Positions 18,443-29,515 of a stretch of 64,000 nucleotides of DNA are shown here, in pieces. Within the stretch, counting starts at the first letter, position 1. Each line of letters begins with the position of its first letter. Location of the stretch: NCBI GenBank assembly GCA_021163425.1, contig JAGGWS010000072.1, positions 6,582-70,581 of the forward strand. The letters are read 5' to 3'. This DNA is from Candidatus Omnitrophota bacterium (GTDB lineage: Bacteria > Omnitrophota > Gorgyraeia > Duberdicusellales > Duberdicusellaceae). Position numbers and translations under genes: made by a program. Below the pieces are notes generated by a model. That model made no database searches. It saw nothing but the letters and a program-made list of their open reading frames with translations, and had not been told where the DNA came from.

Positions 18443-19702
18443 ATGCTTTTTTCCAAATATTTTATTCCCACTTTAAGAGAAGTAAAAGAAGAGTCTGTCT
18501 CTTTTAGATTCTCTTTAAAAGCAGGTCTTATTTCTCCTTTAGCATCAGGGATATATTCCTATCTTCCCTTAGGTTTGAGAGTTTTAAGGAGGATAGAAGC
18601 TGTGGTAAGGAAGAATATGAATAGTTTAGGTGCTTATGAGGTTTTACTTCCTGCTCTTCAACCTTTAGAGCTATGGCAGAAGACTAAAAGATCTGACCTT
18701 TTAGGGGAGGTTATGATTAAGTTTAAAGACAGAAGAGGAAGAATTCTCTGTCTGGGGCCTACCCATGAAGAGGTGATTACTGATTTAGTGAGTAAATATG
18801 TTTCTTCTTATAGGGAGCTTCCTTTAATTCTTTATCAGATTCAGACTAAGTTTAGAGACGAGCTAAGACCCAAAGGAGGGCTGGTTAGAAGTTGTGAGTT
18901 TATAATGAAGGATGCCTACAGTTTTGATAAGAATGAAGAGGGTTTAGAAAAAAGTTATCAGAGTATGTACTCAGCTTATGAGAAGATATTTAAAGAGTGT
19001 GGGCTTAAACCTTTAGTTTTTTCCGCTGATGTGGGTTTTATTGGAGGGAGTGCTTCTTGTGAGTTTTTAATAGAGAGTTCTTCAGGAGAAGATAACTTTT
19101 TTCAATGTAGAAATTGTGGTTTTTATTTTAGAGATAAAGACACCTGCCCTAAGTGTAAGAGCAGAGATTACTTAGAGAAGAAGGGGTTAGAGTTAGGCCA
19201 TATTTTTAAGTTGGGGACTATTTATTCAGAAAAGTTAGGAGCTTATTTTTTAGATGAGGAAGGTAAAAGATTGGCTATTGTTATGGGTTGTTACGGAATA
19301 GGAGTAAGTAGGCTTCTTTCAGGAGTAATAGAACAAAATTATGATTCTGAAGGGATAATTTGGCCAGAAAGTATAGCTCCTTTTGATATAGAGATAGTCT
19401 GTCTTAACCCTGAGGAAGAAGAAATTCTTTCTTTTTGTTTCCAGGTTTATAATACCCTTAGTCAGCAAGGTTTTCAGGTATTATTAGATGAGCGAGCCGA
19501 ATATTCGGGAGTAAAATTTAAGGACGCCTACTTAATAGGTATACCTTATTTAATAGTGGTGGGAAAAAAGAATTTTTCTGAAGATAAATTAGAATTTATC
19601 CGGAGAAGAGATAAAAAGAAGCTTTTGATAGATAAAAAAAATTATTTAGAGCCTTTAATAAATTCTCTGAGAGAGAAAAATGGAAAAGTTAAACTTGATT
19701 AA
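18443..19702 (+). CDS. proS: Prolyl-tRNA synthetase, bacterial-type but without the INS editing domain; a CxxC-x11-CxxC zinc ribbon sits at the INS position
   Basis: FIPTLREVKEE...LASGIYSYLPLGLRVLRRIE, motif 2 FRDELRPKGGLVRSCEFIMKDAYSF, then CRNCGFYFRDKDTCPKCKS, then GLELGHIFKLGTIYSE...GCYGIGVSRL. It is 419 aa against ~570 for INS-containing ProRS. Confidence 0.8.
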   Translation: MLFSKYFIPTLREVKEESVSFRFSLKAGLISPLASGIYSYLPLGLRVLRRIEAVVRKNMNSLGAYEVLLPALQPLELWQKTKRSDLLGEVMIKFKDRRGRILCLGPTHEEVITDLVSKYVSSYRELPLILYQIQTKFRDELRPKGGLVRSCEFIMKDAYSFDKNEEGLEKSYQSMYSAYEKIFKECGLKPLVFSADVGFIGGSASCEFLIESSSGEDNFFQCRNCGFYFRDKDTCPKCKSRDYLEKKGLELGHIFKLGTIYSEKLGAYFLDEEGKRLAIVMGCYGIGVSRLLSGVIEQNYDSEGIIWPESIAPFDIEIVCLNPEEEEILSFCFQVYNTLSQQGFQVLLDERAEYSGVKFKDAYLIGIPYLIVVGKKNFSEDKLEFIRRRDKKKLLIDKKNYLEPLINSLREKNGKVKLD

Positions 19703-19806
19703 AGAGAAGACTAAGAGAGGGTTGAAAAAAAGAATATTTGATAATAAAGAAAGGAATATTTTTCTTTCCGGAATAAGATAAAGTTAGAACAGGTAAAGAT
19801 TTTTGG

Positions 19807-20298
19807 ATGAATTCCTTACAGGAGAAACAGGCTTTTCTTAAGGAGAAAATCACTCCTCTTGTGGAAAAAGAAGGGTTTGAAGTTTTTGAACTTAGACTCT
19901 TCTATAATAAGGGAAGGCTTTTTTTGAGGATATTAATAGATTTTAAAGAAGGAGGTATAACTTTAGAGGATTGCCAATATATAAACAAAAAATTATCTAA
20001 TTATTTAGACAAGGAAGATTTTTTAGAGAGCCCTTTTATTTTAGAAGTTTCTTCTCCGGGAGTTAGGAGGGAACTCAAGACTCTTAAAGATTTTTTGAGA
20101 GTAAGAGGAAGAGAAATTAATATTTGGTTTCAGGATCAAGACCTTAAAAAGCCTATTCAAGGCAAGGTTTCTGGAATAGATGTATTCAAAGGAGAGGTTC
20201 TCTTAGAAACAAAGGAGGGAAATTTATCCATTCCTTTAGTTAAGATTAGAAAAGCTACCCAGAGAGTAAATTATGGGAACAACTCTGAGGAGGAATAA
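19807..20298 (+). CDS. rimP: Ribosome maturation factor RimP
   Basis: It is 163 aa, contains LEVSSPGVRRELK, and sits immediately upstream of nusA-infB. Confidence 0.8.
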   Translation: MNSLQEKQAFLKEKITPLVEKEGFEVFELRLFYNKGRLFLRILIDFKEGGITLEDCQYINKKLSNYLDKEDFLESPFILEVSSPGVRRELKTLKDFLRVRGREINIWFQDQDLKKPIQGKVSGIDVFKGEVLLETKEGNLSIPLVKIRKATQRVNYGNNSEEE

Positions 20299-20300
20299 AA

Positions 20301-21437
20301 ATGGATGGAGAGTTATTAGCAATACTGGAACAGATAGAAAGAGAGAAGGGTATTCAGAAGGAAAAGCTTATTCAGGCTATAGAACAGGCTTTAGTTGTAG
20401 CGGCCAGGAAGATTGCTAAGATAACTAATCCTTCGGCAGAAATTTCTGTAAAGATTGACCCTGAAAGCGGAAAGATTAGGGCTTTTGTGGGGGGCGAAGA
20501 GATCCTTTCCGAAAGTTTAGCCCGAATTGCTGCTCAGACTGCTAAACAGGTTATAATTCAGAAAATTAGAGAAGCAGAAAAAGAGGTTATTTTTAATGAG
20601 TTTAAAGACAAAGTAGGTTCACTTATTTCTGGTTCAGTTTATAGATTTGAGAAAGCCGGAGTCGTTTTAGACCTTTTGGGAAAGACCGAAGCAATTATTC
20701 CCAAAAGAGAACTTTCTCCTTTAGATAGTTTTAAATTAGGAGAGAGAGTAAGGGCTTATTGTTTAGAAGTAAAAAAAGATAGAACCCCCCAGGTTATAGC
20801 TTCCCGAAGGATGGCTAATTTTGTTAAGAAATTATTTGAGCTGGAGGTTCCTGAAATTTACGAAGGTATTGTAGAGATAAAGTCTATAGCCAGAGATGCT
20901 GGCGATAGAACTAAAATAGCAGTTTATTCTAAAGACGAAAAAGTAGATTGTGTGGGAGCCTGTGTGGGGATGAGAGGCTCGCGAGTAAAGAATATTGTTC
21001 AAGAATTAAAAGGAGAAAAAATAGATATAGTTAGATATTCAGAGGATCCCCAGAGATTTATAAGAGAAAGCCTTTCTCCTGCTGAAGTGAGTAAGATAGT
21101 CTTAAATAAAGAAGAAAGGAGAGCCTTAGTAGTAGTGGATAAGAGCCAGCTTTCTTTGGCTATTGGTAAAGGTGGTCAAAATGTGAGGCTGGCTTCCCGA
21201 CTTACTGGCTGGGAATTGGATATCCGTTCTAAAGAGGAGATAGAGAAAGAGGCAGAAGAACTCCATAAGTTGAAAGGAGTAGGAACTCGGACTGTAGAGA
21301 ATTTAATAAAAGCAGGTTTTCAAAGTTTAGATTCCTTAGCCAGGGCTGACATTAAGGATTTATCCCAGATAAAAGGGATAGGTAAGAGAAAAGCCGAGGA
21401 AATTATTGAACAGGCTAAAAAGATGCGGGGAAGATGA
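20301..21437 (+). CDS. nusA: Transcription termination/antitermination factor NusA
   Basis: The NusA N-terminal domain is followed by S1 and tandem KH domains (GMRGSRVKNIVQEL.., AIGKGGQNVRLASRLTGWELDI). Confidence 0.9.
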   Translation: MDGELLAILEQIEREKGIQKEKLIQAIEQALVVAARKIAKITNPSAEISVKIDPESGKIRAFVGGEEILSESLARIAAQTAKQVIIQKIREAEKEVIFNEFKDKVGSLISGSVYRFEKAGVVLDLLGKTEAIIPKRELSPLDSFKLGERVRAYCLEVKKDRTPQVIASRRMANFVKKLFELEVPEIYEGIVEIKSIARDAGDRTKIAVYSKDEKVDCVGACVGMRGSRVKNIVQELKGEKIDIVRYSEDPQRFIRESLSPAEVSKIVLNKEERRALVVVDKSQLSLAIGKGGQNVRLASRLTGWELDIRSKEEIEKEAEELHKLKGVGTRTVENLIKAGFQSLDSLARADIKDLSQIKGIGKRKAEEIIEQAKKMRGR

Positions 21438-23347
21438 GAGTTTATGAATTAGCAAAAGAGTTAGGTTTAGATTCTAAAGAGTTTCTTAAAAAACTTAAAG
21501 AGATGAATTTCCCAGTTAAAAGCCATCTTTCTATTATAGATGAAGAAACTGCCCAGATTATTAAGGAAGAATTTAAAACTCTTAAAGAGAAAGAGATTAG
21601 TAAAAATATTGTGGAGGTGGAATTTCCTCTTACTGTTAAGGATTTTTCAGTAAAACTGGGTAAAAAGCCTTCAGAAATCGTTCAACTCCTTCTTAGGAAG
21701 AGGAAGTTTTTAAATATAAACCAGAATATAGATCAGGAATTAGCTAAGGGTTTAGCTTACCAGTTAGGATTTACTCTTAAAGAGAAGGCTTCTTTAGAAG
21801 AAGAACTTATTGAAAAAGAGATTCTTGACGAAAGTAGAGCTAAGCCCCGGCCTCCGGTAGTCACCCTTATGGGGCATATTGACCATGGCAAAACTTCTCT
21901 TTTAGATTTTATCCGAAAGTCCAGACTTACTGAGAAGGAGACAGGTGGGATTACCCAGCATATAGGAGCTTATCAGGTAGAGACTCCTAAGGGTAAGATT
22001 ACTTTTATTGATACTCCTGGCCATGAAACTTTTACTTCTATGCGGGCCAGAGGAGCTAATCTTACTGATATTGTAGTCTTAGTAGTGGCTGCTGATGAAG
22101 GAGTGAAGCCTCAGACTGAAGAGGCTGTAAGTCACGCTAAAGCCGCGGGAGTGCCTATAGTAGTGGCTATAAACAAGATAGACAAACCTCAGGCTCAACC
22201 CGACATGGTAAAACAGCAACTTTCTAAATTAGGCCTTAGTCCTGAAGATTGGGGAGGCCAGACCATTACAGTTTTAGTTTCAGCCAAGACAGGAGAAGGA
22301 ATAGATGAACTCTTAGAAATGCTTCTTTTAGAAGCAGAATTGCTGGAATTAAAGGCAGATTATCAGCGCCCGGCTTTAGGGGTAGTATTAGAATCAAAAC
22401 TTTCTAAAGGGTTAGGTCCAGTAGCCACAGTAATAGTTCAACAGGGTACTTTCAGGGTAGGAGATGTAGTAGTTTGTGCTGATCAATGGGGTAGAGTGAG
22501 GTTGTTGAGAGACGACCGGGGTAATTCTTTAAAAGAAGCCTATCCTTCTATGCCGGTGGAATTAGTGGGTTTGGGAGGATTAGTTTCTGCTGGAGAAAGA
22601 TTTATAGTTGTTCCTGAGGAAAAAGAAGCAATTAGGATTGTGGAAAAGAGGAAAGAGAAGAAAGAGGAAAAAGTAATTCCTGAACACGTAAGATTGGAGA
22701 ATATCTATGAGAAGATTAAGAGACAAGAGCTTAAAGAATTCAAAGTAATTATAAAGGCTGATACTTACGGAACCTTAGAGGCAATTGAAGATATCTTAAA
22801 AAAGATAGAAGTTCCCTCTATAGAGATTAAGATTCTCCATAAGGGGGTAGGGGTGGTTAATCTCTCTGATGTAATATTAGCTGATGCTTCTGACGCTTTA
22901 ATATTAGGTTTTAAAGTAAACATAGAGCCTCAAGCTTCTAAAAAAGCTCAGGAAAAAAATATTCAGATTAAGACTTATCAGATTATCTATGAATTAATAT
23001 CAGAAGTAAAATCAGCCTTAGAAGGGTTGCTTGAGCCTGAGATAGAGCGGCTCTTTTTGGGAAGAGCTAAAGTAAGGAAGGTATTTAAGCTTTCTAAAGC
23101 TGGCGTGATTGCTGGCTGTATAGTAGAGAAAGGTAAGATGGTGAGAAATGCTTCCTGTAGAGTTTTAAGGGCAGGTGAAGTAGTTTTTGAAGGAAGAGTT
23201 TCTTCTCTTAAGAGATTTAAAGATGATGTCCGAGAAGTTTTAGAGGGTTTTGAGTGTGGGGTAGGGGTGGGCTTTAATGATATTAAAGAAGAAGATGTGA
23301 TCGAAGTTTTCACTGAAGAAGTTAAAACCCGCAGACTCCAGCTTTAA
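21434..23347 (+). CDS. infB: Translation initiation factor IF-2 (short form)
   Basis: The G-domain reads [16 protein letters not shown]...DTPGHETF...NKID, and the C-terminal beta-barrels are present. Confidence 0.9.
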   Translation: MRVYELAKELGLDSKEFLKKLKEMNFPVKSHLSIIDEETAQIIKEEFKTLKEKEISKNIVEVEFPLTVKDFSVKLGKKPSEIVQLLLRKRKFLNINQNIDQELAKGLAYQLGFTLKEKASLEEELIEKEILDESRAKPRPPVVTLMGHIDHGKTSLLDFIRKSRLTEKETGGITQHIGAYQVETPKGKITFIDTPGHETFTSMRARGANLTDIVVLVVAADEGVKPQTEEAVSHAKAAGVPIVVAINKIDKPQAQPDMVKQQLSKLGLSPEDWGGQTITVLVSAKTGEGIDELLEMLLLEAELLELKADYQRPALGVVLESKLSKGLGPVATVIVQQGTFRVGDVVVCADQWGRVRLLRDDRGNSLKEAYPSMPVELVGLGGLVSAGERFIVVPEEKEAIRIVEKRKEKKEEKVIPEHVRLENIYEKIKRQELKEFKVIIKADTYGTLEAIEDILKKIEVPSIEIKILHKGVGVVNLSDVILADASDALILGFKVNIEPQASKKAQEKNIQIKTYQIIYELISEVKSALEGLLEPEIERLFLGRAKVRKVFKLSKAGVIAGCIVEKGKMVRNASCRVLRAGEVVFEGRVSSLKRFKDDVREVLEGFECGVGVGFNDIKEEDVIEVFTEEVKTRRLQL

Positions 23348-23356
23348 TTGTAAGAA

Positions 23357-24349
23357 ATGGGAGAAAAAAGTAAAAAGAGAGTATTGAGCGGGATGCGGCC
23401 TACAGGAAAGCTCCATTTAGGCCATTGGGCTGGTACTCTTTCTAAATGGGTAGATCTGCAGAAAGATTATGAGTGTTTTTTTATGGTAGCTGACTGGCAT
23501 GCTTTAATGAGCGAATATAAAGACCCTACTTCAATAAGAGAGACAGCTTTAGATAATATAGCTGACTGGTTAAGCTGGGGTATTTCTCCGGAAGAAGCGG
23601 TAATATTTATTCAGTCTGAAGTAAAAGAACATCTGGAATTATTTATGGTCTTTTCTGTGCTTACCCCTTTAGGCTGGTTGTATAGATGCCCTACTTTTAA
23701 AGAACAGATTTCTCAACTTAAAACCAGAGAAATCAATACCCATGCCTTTTTAGGTTATCCAGTACTTCAGGCTTCAGATATTCTGATTTATAAAGCTGAC
23801 TTTGTTCCAGTTGGAGAGGATCAACTACCTCATTTAGAATTAACCCGCCAGATTCTCAGGAGATTTCATTTTCTTTATCACCAGGAGATATTTCCTGAGC
23901 CTCAACCTCTTTTGACTGAAGTTCGAAGGTTATTAGGTTTAGATGGAAGGAAGATGAGTAAAAGTTATAATAATTGTATCTACCTTTCTGAAGAAGACTT
24001 AGTTATAAAAGAAAAAGTAATGAGTATGTTTACTGACCCCCAGAGGATAAGGCGTAAAGACCCCGGCAGACCTGAAGTATGTAATGTTTATTCTTATTAT
24101 AAAGCATTTTTCCCTGTTTATCAGAAAGAGGTATTTAATTGGTGTACTCAGGCAGAAAAGGGCTGTACAGAATGTAAATCTATCTTGGCTGAAGAACTTT
24201 GTAAGTTTATAGCTCCTAAGAGAGAAAAAAAGAAGGCCCTTCTCCAAGATAGAAAAAAATTGTTGTCTCTTATAGAGGAAGGAAGAGAGAAGGCTTCTCA
24301 AGAAGCAAAAAAGACTTTAGTCCAGGTAAAGAGGATAATAGGTTTATGA
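23357..24349 (+). CDS. trpS: Tryptophanyl-tRNA synthetase carrying a C-x20-C-x6-C-x2-C cysteine motif
   Basis: HLGH (GKLHLGHW) and KMSKS are the class I motifs. The cysteine cluster is CNVYSYYKAFFPVYQKEVFNWCTQAEKGCTEC. Confidence 0.85.
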   Translation: MGEKSKKRVLSGMRPTGKLHLGHWAGTLSKWVDLQKDYECFFMVADWHALMSEYKDPTSIRETALDNIADWLSWGISPEEAVIFIQSEVKEHLELFMVFSVLTPLGWLYRCPTFKEQISQLKTREINTHAFLGYPVLQASDILIYKADFVPVGEDQLPHLELTRQILRRFHFLYHQEIFPEPQPLLTEVRRLLGLDGRKMSKSYNNCIYLSEEDLVIKEKVMSMFTDPQRIRRKDPGRPEVCNVYSYYKAFFPVYQKEVFNWCTQAEKGCTECKSILAEELCKFIAPKREKKKALLQDRKKLLSLIEEGREKASQEAKKTLVQVKRIIGL

Positions 24350-25059
24350 AAATAAAGCTGGAGATATTTGAAGGGCCTTTAGATTTGCTCCTTTATCTCA
24401 TTAGAAAGAATCACATCGATATAAAAGATATCCCCATAGCTTTGGTTTTACAGCAGTATTTAGAATATTTAGAATTAATGAAGTTATTGGATATAAATAT
24501 AGCCTCAGAGTATTTAGTTATGGCAGCTACTTTGATTCAGATAAAGTCTCGTTTACTTATACCTAAACCTCCTTCTCCTGAAGAAACAACCGAAGAAGAA
24601 GACCCCCGTCAGGAACTGGTGAGAAGACTTTTAGAATATCAAAAATATAAACAAGCAGCTAAATTTTTAAAAGAGAAAGAAACAGAACGTCTTAAATATT
24701 TAAGAAGGCCTGATAGTTTACTAAATTATAATCCCGAGGAAGTTTATTTTGAAGCCAGCATTTTTGATTTAATTTCTGCTTTTAAGTCTGTCTTAAAGGA
24801 TATTCCCAAGGAGGTATTTTTAGAAGTTATAAAAGATGAGTTTACTGTAGAAGAGAAGATTCACGATATACTCCATCTTCTTTTGGTAGAAGAAAAAGTT
24901 GAGTTGGGTGAACTTTTTAAGAAAGCTAAGAATAAACTGGAGATAGTTGCCTTCTTTTTAGCAATATTAGAGCTTATTCGCCTCAAAGAGATTTCGGCTT
25001 TTCAGGAAGGTCTGTTTGGGAAGATAGTAATTGCCAGGTTTAATAAGGCTTATGTCTAA
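24346..25059 (+). CDS. scpA: Segregation and condensation protein A
   Basis: FEGPLDLLLYLIRKNHIDIKDIPIALVLQQYLEYL is the ScpA N-terminal signature. Confidence 0.85.
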   Translation: MKIKLEIFEGPLDLLLYLIRKNHIDIKDIPIALVLQQYLEYLELMKLLDINIASEYLVMAATLIQIKSRLLIPKPPSPEETTEEEDPRQELVRRLLEYQKYKQAAKFLKEKETERLKYLRRPDSLLNYNPEEVYFEASIFDLISAFKSVLKDIPKEVFLEVIKDEFTVEEKIHDILHLLLVEEKVELGELFKKAKNKLEIVAFFLAILELIRLKEISAFQEGLFGKIVIARFNKAYV

Positions 25060-26098
25060 ATTTAAAGAAAAAGAAATAGAGCTTAAAAAAATTGGGATTC
25101 CTCCTGAGACTGACGAAGATTTCGTGTTTAATCTTTCTTTAAGACCGCGGAATCTTTCTGAGTTTGTAGGTCAGAAAGATATAGTTTCTTCTTTAAAGAT
25201 AGCTATAGAGGCAGCTAAGAGGAGGTCTGAGCCTTTAGAACATATTTTACTTGCTGGTCCTCCAGGGTTAGGGAAAACTTCTCTTGCTTACTGTATAGCC
25301 ACTGAACTATCTTCAAAATTGATGGCTACTTCTGGTCCGGCTATTGAACGGGCTGGAGATTTAATAGGGATACTTACTAATTTAGAAAGAGGAGATATTT
25401 TATTTATTGACGAAATTCATCGTCTTTCCAAGGTTGTTGAAGAATTCTTGTATCCAGCAATGGAGAATTTCCAGATAGATTTTGTGATTGATAAAGGTCC
25501 TTATGCTAAAAGTATAAAATTTAATCTTAAACCTTTCACTCTTATCGGGGCTACTACCCGTGAAGGGCTTTTAAGCGCTCCTTTGAGGGGAAGGTTTGGA
25601 TTATTTTTTCATTTTGATTTCTATAGCCAGGAAGATTTAACCTTAGTAATTAAGCGTTCAGCCAAGATACTGGAAGTAGAAATTGATAGACCTTCAGCTT
25701 TAGAGATAGCTAAGAGGGCAAGAGGTACCCCTCGTATTGCTAACCGGCTATTGAGAAGAGTAAGAGATTATTCTCAGGTTAAAGAAAAGGGAAAGATTGA
25801 AACTTCTACAGTAGAGAAGGCTTTGAGCTTTCTTAAGATTGATGAAAAGGGTTTAGGAGAGTTAGATAGAAAGTACCTTAAAGTCTTAATTGAAATTTAT
25901 AAAGGTGGTCCGGCTGGAGTGGAAGCTCTTTCGGCAAGTTTAGGAGAAGAACAGGATACTTTAATAGATATAATTGAACCCTATCTTCTAAAAATTGGTT
26001 TTGTAAAGCGTTCTCCCCGCGGAAGAATAGCTACAGAATTAGCCTATAAACATTTAGGTATTCCTTACGACAAAGAAGTCCAACAAAAGTTATTTTAA
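25031..26098 (+). CDS. ruvB: Holliday junction branch migration ATPase RuvB
   Basis: LRPRNLSEFVGQ...LLAGPPGLGKTSLA...DEIHRL. The actual start is probably the Met at 25052 (MSKFKEKE). Confidence 0.9.
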   Translation: MPGLIRLMSKFKEKEIELKKIGIPPETDEDFVFNLSLRPRNLSEFVGQKDIVSSLKIAIEAAKRRSEPLEHILLAGPPGLGKTSLAYCIATELSSKLMATSGPAIERAGDLIGILTNLERGDILFIDEIHRLSKVVEEFLYPAMENFQIDFVIDKGPYAKSIKFNLKPFTLIGATTREGLLSAPLRGRFGLFFHFDFYSQEDLTLVIKRSAKILEVEIDRPSALEIAKRARGTPRIANRLLRRVRDYSQVKEKGKIETSTVEKALSFLKIDEKGLGELDRKYLKVLIEIYKGGPAGVEALSASLGEEQDTLIDIIEPYLLKIGFVKRSPRGRIATELAYKHLGIPYDKEVQQKLF

Positions 26099-26100
26099 AG

Positions 26101-27472
<1,372 letters not shown>

Positions 27473-27474
27473 CT

Positions 27475-28152
27475 ATGAGAATAGACATAATTACTATATT
27501 TCCTCAAATGTTTTCTACAGTTTTTACTGAAGGCATAGTGAGGATTGCTCAAGAAAAAAAGCTTTTGAATATTTATATCCACAATCTTAGAGATTTTACT
27601 CAGGACAAGCATAAAAAGGTTGATGCTCCTCCTTACGGAGGAGGAGCGGGGATGGTATTAAGGTGTGAGCCGATATTTAAGGCAGTAGAATCAGTAATTT
27701 TAGATAAGAGGTCAAGAGTTGTTCTTTTAAGTCCTCAGGGTAGAGTTCTTACTCAAAAAAGGGCTAAGCAGTTTCTAAAATACCAACAACTTATTCTTAT
27801 TTGTGGACGCTATGAAGGTGTTGATGAGCGAGTGGCTGAATATTTAGCTGACGAAGAACTATCAATTGGTGACTATATTCTTTCGGGAGGAGAAATCCCG
27901 GCTATGGTTTTAGTAGATGTTTTAGCCCGGTTATTACCAGGAGCAGTAGGCGATAAACAATCAATAGAAAAAGAGAGTTTTGAACAGAGCAGGTTAGACT
28001 GGCCTCATTATACTAGGCCGCGAGTCTTCCGGAGATGGAGAGTCCCCAGGGTTTTATTGTCAGGAGACCATAGAAAAATTGAGCTTTGGCGCAAGAAGAA
28101 AGCTTTAGAAAAGACTAAAGAGAATAGGCCAGATTTATTAAAGGAAGTTTAA
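27475..28152 (+). CDS. trmD: tRNA (guanine37-N1)-methyltransferase
   Basis: MRIDIITIFPQMF..., the ICGRYEGVDERV knot motif, and SIGDYILSGGE. Confidence 0.9.
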   Translation: MRIDIITIFPQMFSTVFTEGIVRIAQEKKLLNIYIHNLRDFTQDKHKKVDAPPYGGGAGMVLRCEPIFKAVESVILDKRSRVVLLSPQGRVLTQKRAKQFLKYQQLILICGRYEGVDERVAEYLADEELSIGDYILSGGEIPAMVLVDVLARLLPGAVGDKQSIEKESFEQSRLDWPHYTRPRVFRRWRVPRVLLSGDHRKIELWRKKKALEKTKENRPDLLKEV

Positions 28153-28168
28153 AAGTGGGAGGTAAGAG

Positions 28169-28519
28169 ATGGGAGATAAACTATTGGAAGTAGAAAAAGA
28201 ATTGCAATCTTCTTTAAAGAAGGATTTTCCTGAGTTTAAGGTAGGTGATACTATAAGAGTTAGTTATAAGATTCAGGAAAAAGATAAGAGCAGGCTGCAT
28301 TCAGTAGAAGGGATTGTAATGAAAATACAAGGTGTTCTTCATCGTAAGAGTTTTACTATTCGCAGAATCTCCTATGGAGAGAGTTTAGAAATGACCTTTC
28401 CTCTTTATTCACCCTTGATAGAGAAGATAGAAGTAGTTCAGCCAGCTAAAAGAAGACCCCGGCGAGCAAGATTGTATTATTTAAGGGGAAGAGTAGGCAA
28501 GAAAGCAACGACGGTATAA
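28169..28519 (+). CDS. rplS: 50S ribosomal protein L19
   Basis: FKVGDTIRVSYKIQEKDKSRLHSVEGIVMKIQG...RRISYGE. Confidence 0.9.
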   Translation: MGDKLLEVEKELQSSLKKDFPEFKVGDTIRVSYKIQEKDKSRLHSVEGIVMKIQGVLHRKSFTIRRISYGESLEMTFPLYSPLIEKIEVVQPAKRRPRRARLYYLRGRVGKKATTV

Positions 28520-28565
28520 GAAAAGTATATTTTTTGTTTTCGGATTTTACACTTTTTATCTCATA

Positions 28566-29162
28566 TTGATGGTTAAAGAGGCACAAGACTATCGAAGAAT
28601 GAAGTTAAAGATAGTGGGTGTAGATGAAGTAGGAAGAGGTGCTCTTTGTGGTCCAGTGGTAGCCAGTTGTGCCTATCTTAAAGAGAAGATTTCTTTCCTG
28701 AAGGATTCCAAACAGCTTACTCCTAAAAAGAGAGAATTTCTTTATTCTAAGATTAAAAAAGTTTCTATCTACTCTTTTGGTATAGTCTCTCAAACTACTA
28801 TTGATAAGTTGAATATATTTTGGGCTACTCAGCTGGCTTTTTTGAGGGCTATCAGAAATTTTTTTAAAAAAAGCAAATTTAATAAGGAGGAAACTTTGTT
28901 TATAATTGATGGTCCTTTCTTTAAATATAAAAAATACAACCACCTTTGTCTTGTCTCAGCAGACAGGAGGATAAAAGAGGTTCAATCAGCTTCTATACTG
29001 GCTAAGGTTTATAGAGACAGATTAATGTTAAAGTATGATAAGGAATTTCCTGGTTGGAATTTCTCCAAACATAAAGGCTATGCTACTAAAGAACACTACC
29101 TTTCTTTAAAGGAGAGGGGCCCTTCGCCTATTCATAGGCTTTCTTTTAACTTAGGTTTATGA
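28566..29162 (+). CDS. rnhB: Ribonuclease HII
   Basis: VGVDEVGRGALCGPVVASCAY at the N-terminus and ...HKGYATKEHYLSLKERGPSPIHR at the C-terminus. Confidence 0.85.
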   Translation: MMVKEAQDYRRMKLKIVGVDEVGRGALCGPVVASCAYLKEKISFLKDSKQLTPKKREFLYSKIKKVSIYSFGIVSQTTIDKLNIFWATQLAFLRAIRNFFKKSKFNKEETLFIIDGPFFKYKKYNHLCLVSADRRIKEVQSASILAKVYRDRLMLKYDKEFPGWNFSKHKGYATKEHYLSLKERGPSPIHRLSFNLGL

Positions 29163-29515
29163 ATAATTCTTTTGGTTATTTTGAGGACTTAGCAGTTGAT
29201 TATCTTAAACAACGAGGTTATAGGGTCTTAGAAAGAAATTTTCGTAATTTTTCAGGTGAGATTGATATAGTAGCCAAAGATAAAGGAGTTCTTTGTTTTG
29301 TAGAAGTAAAGGGAAGAACTTTCCCTTATAAATATGAACCTTTAGAAGCAGTAAATAGGAGTAAAAGGAAAAAGATAGAAAAGTGTGTTTTTTATTATCT
29401 TAGACAGAAAGGATTATTTTCTCTTAGAGCAAGGTTTGATGTGCTTTCAATAGTAAAATTCCGACAGGGTTTAGAATTTTATCTTATAAAGGGAGCATTT
29501 AATCTGGAAGAATGA
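29159..29515 (+). CDS. yraN: YraN/UPF0102 family endonuclease
   Basis: It is 118 aa with EIDIVAKDKGVLCFVEVKGR, and it is in the conserved rnhB-yraN linkage. Confidence 0.8.
   Translation: MNNSFGYFEDLAVDYLKQRGYRVLERNFRNFSGEIDIVAKDKGVLCFVEVKGRTFPYKYEPLEAVNRSKRKKIEKCVFYYLRQKGLFSLRARFDVLSIVKFRQGLEFYLIKGAFNLEE

Noticed and set aside
28520-28565. Possible terminator after rplS
   Set aside because: It is an A/T-only imperfect pairing (GAAAAG...GTTTTC) with no stable GC stem. It is more likely just AT-rich spacer.
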